Below are positions 25,777 through 41,067 of a stretch of DNA of 64,000 nt, piece by piece. The notes under the pieces are model-generated. The model ran no database searches. It saw nothing but the letters and a program-made list of their open reading frames with translations, and was not told the DNA's origin. Source of the stretch: Armatimonadota bacterium (lineage in GTDB: Bacteria; Armatimonadota; SYMT01); the NCBI GenBank assembly GCA_046292385.1, contig JBKBRF010000010.1, positions 1 to 64,000 of the forward strand, written 5' to 3'. Position 1 is the stretch's first letter. Every line of letters starts with the position of its first letter. A program made the translations under genes and the position numbers.

Positions 25777-27144
25777 ATGAGACGAAGCGGTGCGCGTATC
25801 TCGCGCCGGTCGATACTGAAGGCAACCACTGCCGGCCTGGCCGCCGGCTTCGCGGGCCCGCTTGCGAGCCGCGCCGGCGCCGCCTCCACGGCTGCCAACA
25901 ACAAGCTGAACCTCGCCGTCGTCGGCTGCGGCGGACAGGGTCGCGGGGTCATGGGCGGGATGCTCTCGTCCGGCGAGGTGAACCTGGTCGCGCTCTGCGA
26001 CCCGGATGCCGGGATGATCGAGCAGGCCCGTTCCGCCGCGGCCAATCACGGCGGCGCCGCGGCGAAGGCATATGAGGACTATCGCCGCTTGCTGGACGAC
26101 GCCGGCACCATTGACGCCGTGCTGATCGCCACGCCGGACCACTGGCACGCGCCGCTCTGCAAGGCGTTCATGGCCGCGGGCAAGCACATCTACTGCGAAA
26201 AGCCGCTCACCCACAGCATCGCGGAGGCACGCGAGCTGCGTGAGCTCGCCCGCCAGAGCAAGGTCGTAACGCAGATGGGCAACCAGGGGAGCGCCAGCGA
26301 GTCGCTCCGCCGCTGCGTGGAGATCATCCAATCCGGCGCTCTCGGGCAGGTGCGTGAGATCTATAGCTGGGGCATCGGCGTGGACGCCCGGGAGGGGAGC
26401 GCCTCCGGAGAAGATCCGGTCCCTTCCAACCTCAACTGGGACCTCTGGGTCGGCCCCTCGGAGATGCGTCCCTACAAGAAGGACACCTATCATCCATATT
26501 CCTGGCGCGGATGGTTCGACTTCGGGAACGGCGGCCTGGCCGACTTCTGCTGCCACGCCATCAACCTCCCGATGCGGGCACTCGACCTCGGCTACCCGGA
26601 GCGCCTGGTCACCAACTTCCACGACGGGAAGCAGGTCGCCGGCAAGGCCGCGGTAGAATTCCACTTCCCTCAACGCGGCAAGCTCGATGCGGTGGTCCTC
26701 CACTGGATGGGCGGTCAGAAGCCGCGCGAAGAGTTGGTGAAGCCGCTGGCGGAGCTGTTCGAGGGGAAGGTCCCGGACGGGCTGCTGATTGTCGGAGAAA
26801 AGGGGATCATCCACACCAGCCACTGGAACACCGACGGCCTGATCCGCCTCGAAGGCGAGGAAATGCTACGCCGGGTGAGCAGCCATCCCGCGACGAAGGA
26901 TCTCCCGAAGACCCTGCCGCGCACCAACGGGCACGACCGCGAGTGGATCGCGGCCTGCCGCGGCGAAGGGAAGACCTTCTCGGACTTCGAGACCGGCGGC
27001 AAGCTCACGGAGATCGGCTTCGCCGGCGTAGTCGCCGTGCGCGCCGGCAAGTCGCTGGACTGGGACGGTGAGGCGATGAAGGCGACCAACGACCCCGACG
27101 CGGACCGTTTCATCCGCACCGAGCACCGGAAGAAGTGGCTGTAA
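25777..27144 (+). CDS. Tat-exported Gfo/Idh/MocA oxidoreductase
   Basis: SRRSILK Tat motif, VGCGGQG, ATPDHWH, YCEKP. Confidence 0.92.
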   Translation: MRRSGARISRRSILKATTAGLAAGFAGPLASRAGAASTAANNKLNLAVVGCGGQGRGVMGGMLSSGEVNLVALCDPDAGMIEQARSAAANHGGAAAKAYEDYRRLLDDAGTIDAVLIATPDHWHAPLCKAFMAAGKHIYCEKPLTHSIAEARELRELARQSKVVTQMGNQGSASESLRRCVEIIQSGALGQVREIYSWGIGVDAREGSASGEDPVPSNLNWDLWVGPSEMRPYKKDTYHPYSWRGWFDFGNGGLADFCCHAINLPMRALDLGYPERLVTNFHDGKQVAGKAAVEFHFPQRGKLDAVVLHWMGGQKPREELVKPLAELFEGKVPDGLLIVGEKGIIHTSHWNTDGLIRLEGEEMLRRVSSHPATKDLPKTLPRTNGHDREWIAACRGEGKTFSDFETGGKLTEIGFAGVVAVRAGKSLDWDGEAMKATNDPDADRFIRTEHRKKWL

Positions 27145-27298
27145 CCGGCCGCGGAGCCGTGCTGGGCACCTGAATCGGCGGGGCCACGGCGGGGTGAGGA
27201 GCTGCCTTCCGGCAGTCCAACTCCCGCTGCGGCCCCGCCGGGCCTGTTCCTCGGGCCGAGTGCCCCCCCGGCGTGACAACCGGTAGGGGACGGGCTAA

Positions 27299-28180
27299 TC
27301 AGCCCAGCTCCGGTATTCCTCCGAGCGTTCCCCACTCCACCCGGCCGCTCCGCTCCAGGAAGCGCGCGAGTCGCTTGAGGCTGACGCGGCTGCCCGGCCC
27401 CTGGCGCGCCAGTGCGGCCCGCAGGTCCTCCGCGCTCACGTCGAGCAGTGGACGCGGCTCCTGCGCCTGCAGCAGCGCCTCGGCGACCGCCTCCGCGTGC
27501 TCCATGTGCTCGTCGACCTTGCGCTGCGTCATGCCGGTGGCCGACAGCTCCTTGCGGAGCTCCTTCAGCACCAGGTTGTTCCCAGCCCGCAAGCGGCTCC
27601 GCAGCTCTTCCGCGCCTTCCGCTTCGGCGGGCAGCAGCGAGGTGAGGACTCCGCCGCGCTCGCGGGCCGCGCGGTAGAGGTCGTCGAGCTCGGCGCGGAT
27701 CCCCGGTCCGAAGGCGATACCGAAAGGGGCGATCAGTCCGTCGTAGGTGATGCGGTCTTCGAACGGCAGCAGCACCATCTCCACCAGCACGGGCGGAGGC
27801 TGCCGGGCTACCTCGCTCAGCGGCGACACCAGCCCCAGCACCCCGTAGGCGCGCGGCACCCCGTTCGCGGAAAGTACCACGGTGTGCTTCTTCAGGTGCC
27901 GATAGAGGTAGAACCGGCCGGCAACGCGGCGGCGCCACGATTCCACCAGGGCCAGGTCCGCCGGAGCCAATCCCTCCGGGTTCTCCGCCACGTATTGCGC
28001 GAGCAGGGAGTCGTCTCTCCAGAGCGCCTCCCGCACCATCCGGATGTCGGTAGGACTGCCCCTCCCGTGTGCCAGTTTCGCCGAGAAGTCAGCGACCAGG
28101 CGTAGACGACGATTCACATACCCCAGCAGCGGCCGCCAGATCCGGTAGAACCGCTCGGTTTCGTGGGGAGCGAGAATCAT
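27299..28180 (-). CDS. Hypothetical protein
   Basis: 293-aa ORF with GGAG RBS and host-like codon usage. Confidence 0.7.
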   Translation of the reverse strand: MILAPHETERFYRIWRPLLGYVNRRLRLVADFSAKLAHGRGSPTDIRMVREALWRDDSLLAQYVAENPEGLAPADLALVESWRRRVAGRFYLYRHLKKHTVVLSANGVPRAYGVLGLVSPLSEVARQPPPVLVEMVLLPFEDRITYDGLIAPFGIAFGPGIRAELDDLYRAARERGGVLTSLLPAEAEGAEELRSRLRAGNNLVLKELRKELSATGMTQRKVDEHMEHAEAVAEALLQAQEPRPLLDVSAEDLRAALARQGPGSRVSLKRLARFLERSGRVEWGTLGGIPELG

Positions 28181-28373
28181 GTAGGGACTCCGCCGGTAGG
28201 AAGGGGGACCAATCCCCCGGAATGCTTTCAGGTTGAGCGAGCCCTGGTCCGGCCCCTACTCGGCTCCGACAGCGCTCGCTTTCGTAGTCGGCCCCCTCCC
28301 GTCCCCGCGTAGGGCCGCCGGCACCTCAAGCTGCCTGCGAGGCCTCTCCTCGCCGGCCGACGATACTCATGCT

Positions 28374-30758
<2,385 letters not shown>

Positions 30759-30843
30759 CGAGGACCCGATCCGTGCGCGCTCGCGTGGTCACCTTCCCGG
30801 CTTCGCGGTAACACAAATGAGGAGCGCCCGGAAGGAATCGACC

Positions 30844-31110
30844 ATGCCCTACCGCACGCAATCGGACGACGTCTCGGAAGAGATCGAACGCCTCCAGATC
30901 GAGACCTGGCGTACCTGGTCTCCCGCCGAAAAGCTCGCTCGCATGGTCGCGATGACGCGGCGGCTCCAGGAGATCCAGCTCGCAGAGATCCGGCGGCGGC
31001 ACCCCGATGCGGACGACCGGGAGCTCAGGCTGCGCCTCGCCTCCCGGCGCCTGGAGCCGGAGCAGATGCGCCGGGCGTTCGGCTGGGACCCGGAGATCGA
31101 AGGTTACTGA
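30844..31110 (+). CDS. Small partner protein of the nucleotidyltransferase (antitoxin-like)
   Basis: DVSEEIERLQIETWRTWSPAEKLA...IRRRHPDA; TGATG coupling to the next gene. Confidence 0.7.
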   Translation: MPYRTQSDDVSEEIERLQIETWRTWSPAEKLARMVAMTRRLQEIQLAEIRRRHPDADDRELRLRLASRRLEPEQMRRAFGWDPEIEGY

Positions 31111-31694
31111 TGTATTCCGATCCGCTCGTCCTCGCGTTGCGCCTGGCCCGCACCTTCGACGCCCTGAGTGTCCCCTACCTGATCGGCGGCTCGGTCGCTA
31201 CGTCGATCTATGGTGAGCTGCGGACCACGCAGGATATCGACTTCGTCGCGCTCTTTCGGGAGAGCCAGATACCAGCGTTTGTCGAGGCATTGCGGCACGA
31301 GTTTTACGTTCACGAAGAGATGATCCGGTCCGCGCTGCGCCACCACACCTGCTTCAACGTGATCCATCTGGAATCGATGGATCGGGCGGATGTCTTCCTG
31401 CCGGCGGACGATGCGCGCTTCCGGCAAGAGCTGGACCGCAGGCGTGCGGTACGACTCGACGTCAACGATCCCGGCTCCAGCGTATTCGTCGCCAGTCCCG
31501 AGGATGCAGTGCTGCACAAGCTCGAATGGTACCGCGATGGCGGAGGCGTATCGGACCGGCAATGGCGGGACGTCCTTGGCGTACTGAAGGTACAGGGGAG
31601 CTCCCTGGAAATTGACTACCTACGTGGTTGGGCCGATCGATTGACCTTCCGGGACCTCCTGGAGCGAGCGCTCGGCGAGTCCGGAGTGCGGTAA
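31110..31694 (+). CDS. Nucleotidyltransferase-fold protein
   Basis: YLIGGS...RTTQDID Pol-beta-like motif; SPED...KLEWY...SDRQWRDV. Confidence 0.8.
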   Translation: MYSDPLVLALRLARTFDALSVPYLIGGSVATSIYGELRTTQDIDFVALFRESQIPAFVEALRHEFYVHEEMIRSALRHHTCFNVIHLESMDRADVFLPADDARFRQELDRRRAVRLDVNDPGSSVFVASPEDAVLHKLEWYRDGGGVSDRQWRDVLGVLKVQGSSLEIDYLRGWADRLTFRDLLERALGESGVR

Positions 31695-31834
31695 TACCAG
31701 GTCGGGACACGGCGCGGCCACCCATGCGGGCGGATCGTCTTCGAAGGCACTCCCGCGGAGCTCGTCGCCGCCCGCTCCACCCTCACCGGCCAGCACCTCG
31801 CCGCCTACGTCGGCGACTGACCCAGGAGAGCTTC

Positions 31835-32224
31835 ATGCACGCGGATACGAGCGCTTACAACGAGGCCCAGGCCCCGAGCGATCGAGAGATCTGCCGGCTT
31901 CTGGCGGAGGAGATCGCTTACAGCTTGCCGGAGGCCGAGAACAAGATCTGGCACGGCCATCCGGTCTGGTTTCTTGAAGGGAATCCGATCGTCGGCTACA
32001 GCAAGTTGAAGAGCTGCGTGCGCTGCCTCTTCTGGAGCGGCCAGTCCTTTGAGGCGGAAGGCCTGCAAAAGGAAGGGAGCTTCAAAGCCGCGGAGGCTCG
32101 CTACACGGAGGTCGCTCAGGTCGACACGAAGCAGCTGCGGCGCTGGTTGGCCGAGGCGCGAGACGTGCAGTGGGACTATAAGAACCTGGTACGTCGAAAG
32201 GGTCAGCTGGAGCGACTGAAATAG
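31835..32224 (+). CDS. DUF1801 (YdhG-like) protein
   Basis: KIWHGHPVWFLEGNPIVGYSK; AGGAG RBS. Confidence 0.85.
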   Translation: MHADTSAYNEAQAPSDREICRLLAEEIAYSLPEAENKIWHGHPVWFLEGNPIVGYSKLKSCVRCLFWSGQSFEAEGLQKEGSFKAAEARYTEVAQVDTKQLRRWLAEARDVQWDYKNLVRRKGQLERLK

Positions 32225-32234
32225 AGGTGCGACG

Positions 32235-33053
32235 ATGCTCTACCGCTCGTACACGCCGGCGGCGCCGCTCCATCACCTTATCGAGTGGTACTGGTACAGC
32301 TCGGGCGCTCCCCTTCACGCCCGCGGGCGCGTGCTGCCGAGCGGGACGATGGAGCTGGTGGTCAACCTTCGCGACGACGAGATCCGGATCTTCGATCCTT
32401 CCCGGAAGGACGAGCCCCGCCGTTTCACCGGCGCCGTGATCTCCGGAGCTTACAGCCGGCTTTTCGAGCCGCAAGTCCACGAGTCGGTCCTGGGGGTCCA
32501 TTTCAAGCCGGGAGCCGCCGCATCGCTCCTCGGAGCTCCCGCGGGCGAGCTGGCCGACCGCCACGTGGAGCTGGAGTCTCTCTGGGGGCCGGCCGCCAGG
32601 GAGATCCACGAGCGGCTCTGTGAGGCGGCCACTCCGGAAGCGCGGATCGCACTGCTGGAGACGGCGCTTCTCGAGCGATTGCACCGGGCGCCGGAGCGTC
32701 ACCCGGCCGTTCCGGCTGCCCTCGCGGCGCTGGAAGCGGCGGACGAAGCGGTGAGCGTTCGACGCATCGCCCGGGACCTCGGTCTCTGCCACCGGCGCCT
32801 CATCCAGGTATTCACGTCGGCGGTCGGCCTGACGCCGAAGCGGTATCAGCGGGTGCGCCGGTTTCAGCGAGCCCGGAGACTGGTGCGCCCCACGGCATCC
32901 CCCGACTGGGCGCAGGTCGCCCTGGAGTGCGGCTACTTCGACCAGTCGCACCTGATCCGCGACTTCCGGCAGTTCACCGGCTTCAGCCCGGGAGAGTTCC
33001 AGCGCTTACAGAACGAGAACCTCCTGCCGAGCCACCTCACGCAGGTCCCGTAG
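32235..33053 (+). CDS. AraC-family transcriptional regulator
   Basis: VGLTPK...GYFDQSHLIRDFRQFTGFSP. Confidence 0.92.
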   Translation: MLYRSYTPAAPLHHLIEWYWYSSGAPLHARGRVLPSGTMELVVNLRDDEIRIFDPSRKDEPRRFTGAVISGAYSRLFEPQVHESVLGVHFKPGAAASLLGAPAGELADRHVELESLWGPAAREIHERLCEAATPEARIALLETALLERLHRAPERHPAVPAALAALEAADEAVSVRRIARDLGLCHRRLIQVFTSAVGLTPKRYQRVRRFQRARRLVRPTASPDWAQVALECGYFDQSHLIRDFRQFTGFSPGEFQRLQNENLLPSHLTQVP

Positions 33054-33157
33054 GTCAACTTTTTCCAATTCGGCCTGCGATCCAGCTCCTATGATGGCGG
33101 CAGCGCGCGGGGCAGTCGGATCCCGCGCCGCTTCGTGAGAGGAGTCCAGGTGAGCTC

Positions 33158-33661
33158 ATGTTGGACACGCGTTTTCGCGCTGCACGCTTGCTGGGGGTGC
33201 TGTTGATGGCCGGATACATGGCTGGGCATTTCGGACCGTCCTCCGCCGCGCAGGCGGATGAGCCCGCAGCCGGGAAGAAACCGGTCTTCCGCCCTGCTGG
33301 GGTGCGCTATCAGGTGAAAGAAGTGGAACGCTCGGTGGCGTTCTACACGCAGCACCTCGGGTTCAAGGTGGAGCGACAGGGGGGCACGGCGTTCGCCAGC
33401 GTCTCGAACGGCGCGCTGACCCTCTGGCTCAGCGGACCCGGCTCGTCCGGCTCCCGGCCGCTGCCGGACGGGCGGGTGCAGACGCCGGGGGGCTGGAACC
33501 GCATCGCCCTGGAAGTGGAGGACCTGCAGAGCTGCGTCGCGGAGCTAAAGCAGGCGGGCCTGCGGTTTCGGAACGCAATCGAGGTAGGCCCCGGCGGGAA
33601 GCAGATCCAGCTAGAAGATCCGGACGGCAACCCGGTGGAGCTGTTCGAGCCCAAGCGCTGA
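33158..33661 (+). CDS. VOC/glyoxalase family protein with signal peptide
   Basis: SVAFYTQHLGF, DPDGNPVELF. Confidence 0.88.
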   Translation: MLDTRFRAARLLGVLLMAGYMAGHFGPSSAAQADEPAAGKKPVFRPAGVRYQVKEVERSVAFYTQHLGFKVERQGGTAFASVSNGALTLWLSGPGSSGSRPLPDGRVQTPGGWNRIALEVEDLQSCVAELKQAGLRFRNAIEVGPGGKQIQLEDPDGNPVELFEPKR

Positions 33662-33827
33662 CCGGTCCGTGCCGCGGGGTGAGCGCCACGGAGTACCGCC
33701 TCGCGGCGCCGGCTGCCGGCGCCCCCTCGCGCCGGTAAACGCGGGGATCGACCGCTGGACGGGACGCGGATCCCGCCTCCACGCGCGAAGCGTGGTGCGG
33801 GATCCGGCCGCCCCCTGGCCGAGCGCG

Positions 33828-34343
33828 CTATCCCAGCCGGCGCGTCACCTCGACGAGCTGGTCCAGGGCCTTGCCCCATCCCTCGTGGAAGCCCATCGCC
33901 TCGTGCTGCTTGCAGGCGCTGGGATCACCGTGCATCGCCACCGCCGTGTATCTCGTCCCGCCACCGTGCTCTTCCAGCGAGATGATCGCCGTCATCAGGA
34001 GCCGGCTGCACTCGGCGGAGTCGTCTTCGGGCGGGCCCGCCGGCCGGAAGCCGGGCAGCAGCGCGTTGGTCCAGACGAGCCGCTCGTTCTCGACCACCTC
34101 CAGGTAGCAGCCCACCTCTTCGAACTTCTCTCCCTCCGGCGAGCACATCACGGTGCGGAAGATCCCGCCCGGTCGGAGGTCGAGCTCGCACTCCGCCGTG
34201 CTCCAGGGCGCCGGGGTGAACCACTTAACGAGATGCTCGGGCGTGGTCCACGCCTTCCAGACGAGCTCGCGCGGCACGTCGACGACACGTTCCAGGCGGA
34301 GGTCGAGATTGGAGTCGAATTCGGATCGGTAAGGGCGGGTCAT
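33828..34343 (-). CDS. SRPBCC/AHSA1 domain protein
   Basis: [22 protein letters not shown]; coupled to the ArsR gene. Confidence 0.9.
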   Translation of the reverse strand: MTRPYRSEFDSNLDLRLERVVDVPRELVWKAWTTPEHLVKWFTPAPWSTAECELDLRPGGIFRTVMCSPEGEKFEEVGCYLEVVENERLVWTNALLPGFRPAGPPEDDSAECSRLLMTAIISLEEHGGGTRYTAVAMHGDPSACKQHEAMGFHEGWGKALDQLVEVTRRLG

Positions 34344-34678
34344 CAACGCTGCTCCTTGAGGTCGTTCAGGTAATCGTCCAGCTGATCGAGGCGGCGCTCC
34401 CAGTGGGCGCGCTGTGCTGCCATCCAATCCTGCGCCGCCTCCAGCGGCTCCGGGGTAAGCTGGTAGGTCCGCACCCGGCCGCGCTTGCGTGAGCGCACCA
34501 GGCCGCACTCTTCCAGCACGCCGAGGTGCTGAGAGAACGACGGAAGCGCCATGGGAAACGGCCGGGCCAGCTCGGTCATCGCGGCGGGGCCGCGGCTGAG
34601 CCGTTCGAGCACCGCCCTCCGGGTCGGGTCCGCCAGGGCGTGGAACACGCGGGTCAGGTCTGCGGATTGGTTAGGCAT
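34343..34678 (-). CDS. ArsR/SmtB family regulator
   Basis: [10 protein letters not shown]...[13 protein letters not shown]. Confidence 0.92.
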   Translation of the reverse strand: MPNQSADLTRVFHALADPTRRAVLERLSRGPAAMTELARPFPMALPSFSQHLGVLEECGLVRSRKRGRVRTYQLTPEPLEAAQDWMAAQRAHWERRLDQLDDYLNDLKEQR

Positions 34679-34882
34679 ACGCCTAACTATATCGCGAGAT
34701 ACTCAGGCGAACACCTAAGCTTCATTCGAAATGGACAGGCGAGCTGTAAGCCGTTCCTCAGGCCGCCGCCTGCTCCACCCGCACCGCCAACACCTCGCAG
34801 CCTGCATCGGCCCCTGACCGCGGCACCACATGAACACGGCAGGCACGAGCTCTCCCACCGATCACGAATCTACTGTGACACC

Positions 34883-34919
34883 AGAGCGGCCCCTCTCCCG
34901 GTAGGAAAGGGGCCGCTCT
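34883..34919. terminator. Hairpin downstream of katG
   Basis: AGAGCGGCCCCT...AGGGGCCGCTCT 12-bp stem. Confidence 0.55.
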
Positions 34920-34966
34920 AACGTGTGATACCGGTTATTTCGTTCAGACTGGATCGGCCAACCCGA

Positions 34967-37455
<2,489 letters not shown>

Positions 37456-37478
37456 GATAACAAGCGAAAAAAGAGACG

Positions 37479-37850
37479 CTACCGGCATTCGGAGCAGAGG
37501 CCGAAGACTTCGGTGTGGTAGCCCGCCACCTGAAAACCGGTCTCATCCAGAGCCGCCTGGACCGCCTCGACGGCCAGCGGCACCTCCACGTCGATCAGCT
37601 TTCCGCACTGGCCGCAGACCGCATGGTCGTGCCGATCGGTCCGGCGGTCGTACTGCGCCACGTCGCCCACCCGAATCTCGCGGATCATGCCTTCTTCCGT
37701 CAGCGCACCCAGGTTGCGGTAGACGGTGGCATACCCGATCCCGGGCAGCACCCGCTGCACCCGCTCGAAGACCTGCGCCGCGGTGGGATGGTCGTGCGAC
37801 CGCTCGACGATTTCCAGAATTGCCTGCCGCTGCTTCGTCTGTCGGACCAT
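37479..37850 (-). CDS. Fur-family regulator (PerR/FurA-like)
   Basis: TKQRQAIL, HPTA, ATVYRNL, HDHAVCGQCG, CSEC. Confidence 0.93.
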   Translation of the reverse strand: MVRQTKQRQAILEIVERSHDHPTAAQVFERVQRVLPGIGYATVYRNLGALTEEGMIREIRVGDVAQYDRRTDRHDHAVCGQCGKLIDVEVPLAVEAVQAALDETGFQVAGYHTEVFGLCSECR

Positions 37851-38271
37851 CAGACCACCCTAATGAGATCGAGTTTCATTATCTTCATGACCAGTATACT
37901 CCGGATCTGGGCTGTTGACCACCACCACCGCGGCGACTTGCGATCCACGCGGAGCGGTCATCCTGAGCCGCGCAGCCGAAGGCGAGCCATCCCCGAAGAA
38001 GCGGATGACCGGACCATCGATCACCGTCCGGCACTTCAACCGAGGCACCATTCCGCGAATCGGTCATTCTGACCGCAGGGAAGAATCTCGGCAGCCGTCC
38101 GGGTCCGGAGCACGCCTGCTCGTGACGAGGCTTCCGCCGTCGGGTAGGCTTCGCACGCGCGTCAGGCCCCACCGCGGCGAGGAAGGGGGCGAGGGTGCGG
38201 ATCACCAACGATCCTCTCGGCGGGCAGATCCCCGATCGATGGCCCGACTGCTCCCCCACGGCACTTACCCC

Positions 38272-38571
38272 ATGCAGTTCACCTTCAGCGGCGAGATCTG
38301 GTACTGGCGCGGGCCCTCCCCGTTTCACTTCGTGACGGTCCCGCCGGAGGAGTGCCGCGAGCTGAAGGCGCTCTCCGGGCTGGTCACCTACGGCTGGGGC
38401 ATGATCCCGGTGACCGCCCGGGTCGGCGCGACGGTCTGGAAGACCTCGCTCTTTCCGAAAGACGGGAGCTACATCGTGCCGCTCAAGGACAGCGTGCGGA
38501 GCGCGAACGGGTTGGAGCCGGGCGACCCGGTGACGGTGCAGCTCGAGCTCCGGCGCAGCGCCCGCAAGTAG
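38272..38571 (+). CDS. DUF1905 domain protein
   Basis: WYWRGPSPFHFV...WGMIPV...WKTSLFPKDGSYIVPLK. Confidence 0.85.
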   Translation: MQFTFSGEIWYWRGPSPFHFVTVPPEECRELKALSGLVTYGWGMIPVTARVGATVWKTSLFPKDGSYIVPLKDSVRSANGLEPGDPVTVQLELRRSARK

Positions 38572-38632
38572 TCTTCCAGGGTGCGCACGGATCGGGCCGC
38601 GATCGCGAGGTCGGACACGGCGGCTCCCCCGG

Positions 38633-39445
38633 TTAGATCGTCGCGGCGGTGAAGCCGCCGTCGACGACCAGGTTGTGCCCGGTCACGAATGAGGCGGCGC
38701 GAGGCGAGGCGAGGAAGACGACCGCACCGGCCAGCTCCTGCGGGTCGCCGAAGCGGGCCAGCGGCGTGTGGCCGATGATCTGCCCGCCGCGCTCCGTGTA
38801 GCCGCCGTCTTCCGTAAACAGGAGCGCGCGGTTCTGCTCCGCCGGGAAGAAGCCGGGGCTGATCGCGTTCACCCGCACCCCGTGCGGAGCCCACTCCCGC
38901 GCCAGGAACTGCGTGAGGTTGAGCACCGCCGCCTTGGCCGCGGAGTAGGCGACCACCCGCGAGAGCGGCGTCATGCCGGAGAGGGAGGCGATGTTGATGA
39001 TGCTCCCCTTCCGGCGGCGCACCATCGCCTCTCCGAAGACCTGGCTCGGCAGCAGCGCGCCGCCGATCAGGTTCAGGTCGAAGACCTGCTGCCACGCCTC
39101 CAGGGGGAGCGCGGAGAAGTCGGCGCCCGGCGGCAGCGTCGCCTCCGCGCGGTTGCCGCCCGCCGCGTTGACCAGCACGGTCGGCGCGTCCCACGCGTCC
39201 GCCACGGCGTCGCGGACCCGCGCCAGCGCCTGCCGGTCCCGGGCATCGGCCGCCCAGAACCGCGCCTCTCCCCCCGCCTCGACGATCCGGCGCACCCGCT
39301 CCTCGCCGCGCTCGGTGCTGCGGCCGACTACCGCCACGCGCGCGCCGGCGGCAGCCAGGGCCTCCGCCATCACGCCGCCCAGCACGCCGGTCGCGCCTAC
39401 CACCACGGCGACCTCCCCGTCCAGGCGAAAGAGCTGCGCGCTCAT
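38633..39445 (-). CDS. SDR oxidoreductase (D-mannonate oxidoreductase-like)
   Basis: GATGVLG, NAAGGN, YSAAK, PGFFPAEQN; coupled to uxaC. Confidence 0.88.
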   Translation of the reverse strand: MSAQLFRLDGEVAVVVGATGVLGGVMAEALAAAGARVAVVGRSTERGEERVRRIVEAGGEARFWAADARDRQALARVRDAVADAWDAPTVLVNAAGGNRAEATLPPGADFSALPLEAWQQVFDLNLIGGALLPSQVFGEAMVRRRKGSIINIASLSGMTPLSRVVAYSAAKAAVLNLTQFLAREWAPHGVRVNAISPGFFPAEQNRALLFTEDGGYTERGGQIIGHTPLARFGDPQELAGAVVFLASPRAASFVTGHNLVVDGGFTAATI

Positions 39446-40872
39446 GGCTGGGGCACCTCGGACGCGGCCGGGATCTCCAGCCCCAGGTAGCTGCGGGCGT
39501 TGTGGTAGCAGATGTTCTCGATCATGGGACCTACCAGGCTGTCGTCATTCGGGATCTCTCCCCGCTCGATGTCCCGGCCGATCAGGTCGCACAGGACCCG
39601 CCGGAAGTACTCGTGGCGCGGAAAGGAGAGGAAGGAGCGGGAATCGGTCAGCATCCCGATGAAGCGGGAGAGGAGCCCGCAGTTGGAGAGGGCGTTGAGC
39701 TGCCACTCGATCCCTTCCCTGGTATCCAGGTACCACCAGCCGGAGCCGAACTGCATCTTGCCGGGAGTGATGCCGTCCTGGAAGTTGCCCGCCATCGTGG
39801 CGAAGACGTAGTTGTCGGTCGGGTTGTTGTTGTAGAGGATCACCTTCGGCAGCGAGTCTTCCTGGTCCAGCCGGTCGAGGTACGCCGCCAGCGACTGCGC
39901 CTGCGGCCAGTCCCCGATCGAGTCGAAGCCGGTGTCCGGACCGATCAGACGGTAGCCGCGGCTGGCGGCGTTCCGGAGCGGGCCCAGGTGGAGCTGCTGC
40001 GTCCATCCCCGCCGGGCGTTCAGCCGCCCGAAGAAGAGCATCAGGTGCGCGGCAAAGCGGCCGTGCTGCTGCGAGTCCGCCGCCCTGCCGGCGCGCGCCT
40101 GCGCGAAGATGGCGGCGGCTTCCCCCTCGCCCGGGAAGTCGGCGTAGGCGTGGCTCAGCCCGTGGTCGGAAAGGCGGCAGCCCAGCTCGTGGAAGTACGC
40201 GTGCCGCTGCTCCAGCGCCCGCTCCAGCGCCGCCAGGGAGTCGATCTCCGTGTCACTCGCCGCTGCCAGGCGGTCGACCCAGGCGTTGAATAGCTCCGGC
40301 TGGTGGACCTGCAGCGCCTTATCGGGGCGGAAGGCGGGATAGACCCGCGTGTCGAGGTCCGATTCCACGATCTCGCGGTGGAACGCCAGGTCGTCCGCGG
40401 GATCGTCCGTGGTGCAGAGCGCGGCGACCCGGAACCTGCGGAGTATCCCGTGCGTCGAGAGGTCGCCGGATTGCAGCTGCGCCCGGGTCTCCTCCCAGAT
40501 CTCCGGCGCGCTGTCCGCGTCGAGGAGCCGGTCGATCCCGAAGTAGCGCTTCAGCTCCAGGTGGGTCCAGTGGTAGAGCGGGTTCCGCAGCGTGTGCGGC
40601 ACGGTGCGGGCCCACGCCAGGAACTTCTCCTCGGGCGGCGCGTCGCCGGTGCAGAGGCGCTCCGGGACGCCGTTGGCCCGCATCGCCCGCCACTTGTAGT
40701 GGTCGCCCTCCAGCCACGCCTCGTACAGGTCGTGGAAGCGGCGGTCGCGCGCGATCTCCCCCGGCGGCAGGTGGTTGTGGTAGTCGATGATCGGCAGCGG
40801 GGCGGCTCGCTCGTGATAGAGCCGGCGCGCGGTCTCGCTGTTCAGGAGGAAGTCTTCATGGATGAACGACAT
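39442..40872 (-). CDS. uxaC: Glucuronate (uronate) isomerase
   Basis: IIDYHNHL, GDHYKWRAMR, NPLYHWTHLEL, CTTDDP, GMLTDSRSFLSFPRHEYFRR. Confidence 0.96.
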   Translation of the reverse strand: MSFIHEDFLLNSETARRLYHERAAPLPIIDYHNHLPPGEIARDRRFHDLYEAWLEGDHYKWRAMRANGVPERLCTGDAPPEEKFLAWARTVPHTLRNPLYHWTHLELKRYFGIDRLLDADSAPEIWEETRAQLQSGDLSTHGILRRFRVAALCTTDDPADDLAFHREIVESDLDTRVYPAFRPDKALQVHQPELFNAWVDRLAAASDTEIDSLAALERALEQRHAYFHELGCRLSDHGLSHAYADFPGEGEAAAIFAQARAGRAADSQQHGRFAAHLMLFFGRLNARRGWTQQLHLGPLRNAASRGYRLIGPDTGFDSIGDWPQAQSLAAYLDRLDQEDSLPKVILYNNNPTDNYVFATMAGNFQDGITPGKMQFGSGWWYLDTREGIEWQLNALSNCGLLSRFIGMLTDSRSFLSFPRHEYFRRVLCDLIGRDIERGEIPNDDSLVGPMIENICYHNARSYLGLEIPAASEVPQP

Positions 40873-41067
40873 GGAGCCCCTTTCTCGCCTCCGGGGAGCA
40901 TCCGAGCGCTGCCCCCCGCCAGACCGGTCTATCCCGGCCGGCGGCAATTCCTTCCGGGCCCGAGATAATTGAACCCGAAAGAGGCGCAGCCGCCGGCCGG
41001 CAGGAACCGCTGGCTCGCCCGGCCAATCACCAGTGGGTTTGAAAGATGAGGCAGGAGGAGCAGGTTG

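Noticed and set aside
37956..38090. REP-like GTCATYCTGA...GAAG motifs
   Set aside because: Two degenerate copies only; cannot be established as a repeat family from this window.
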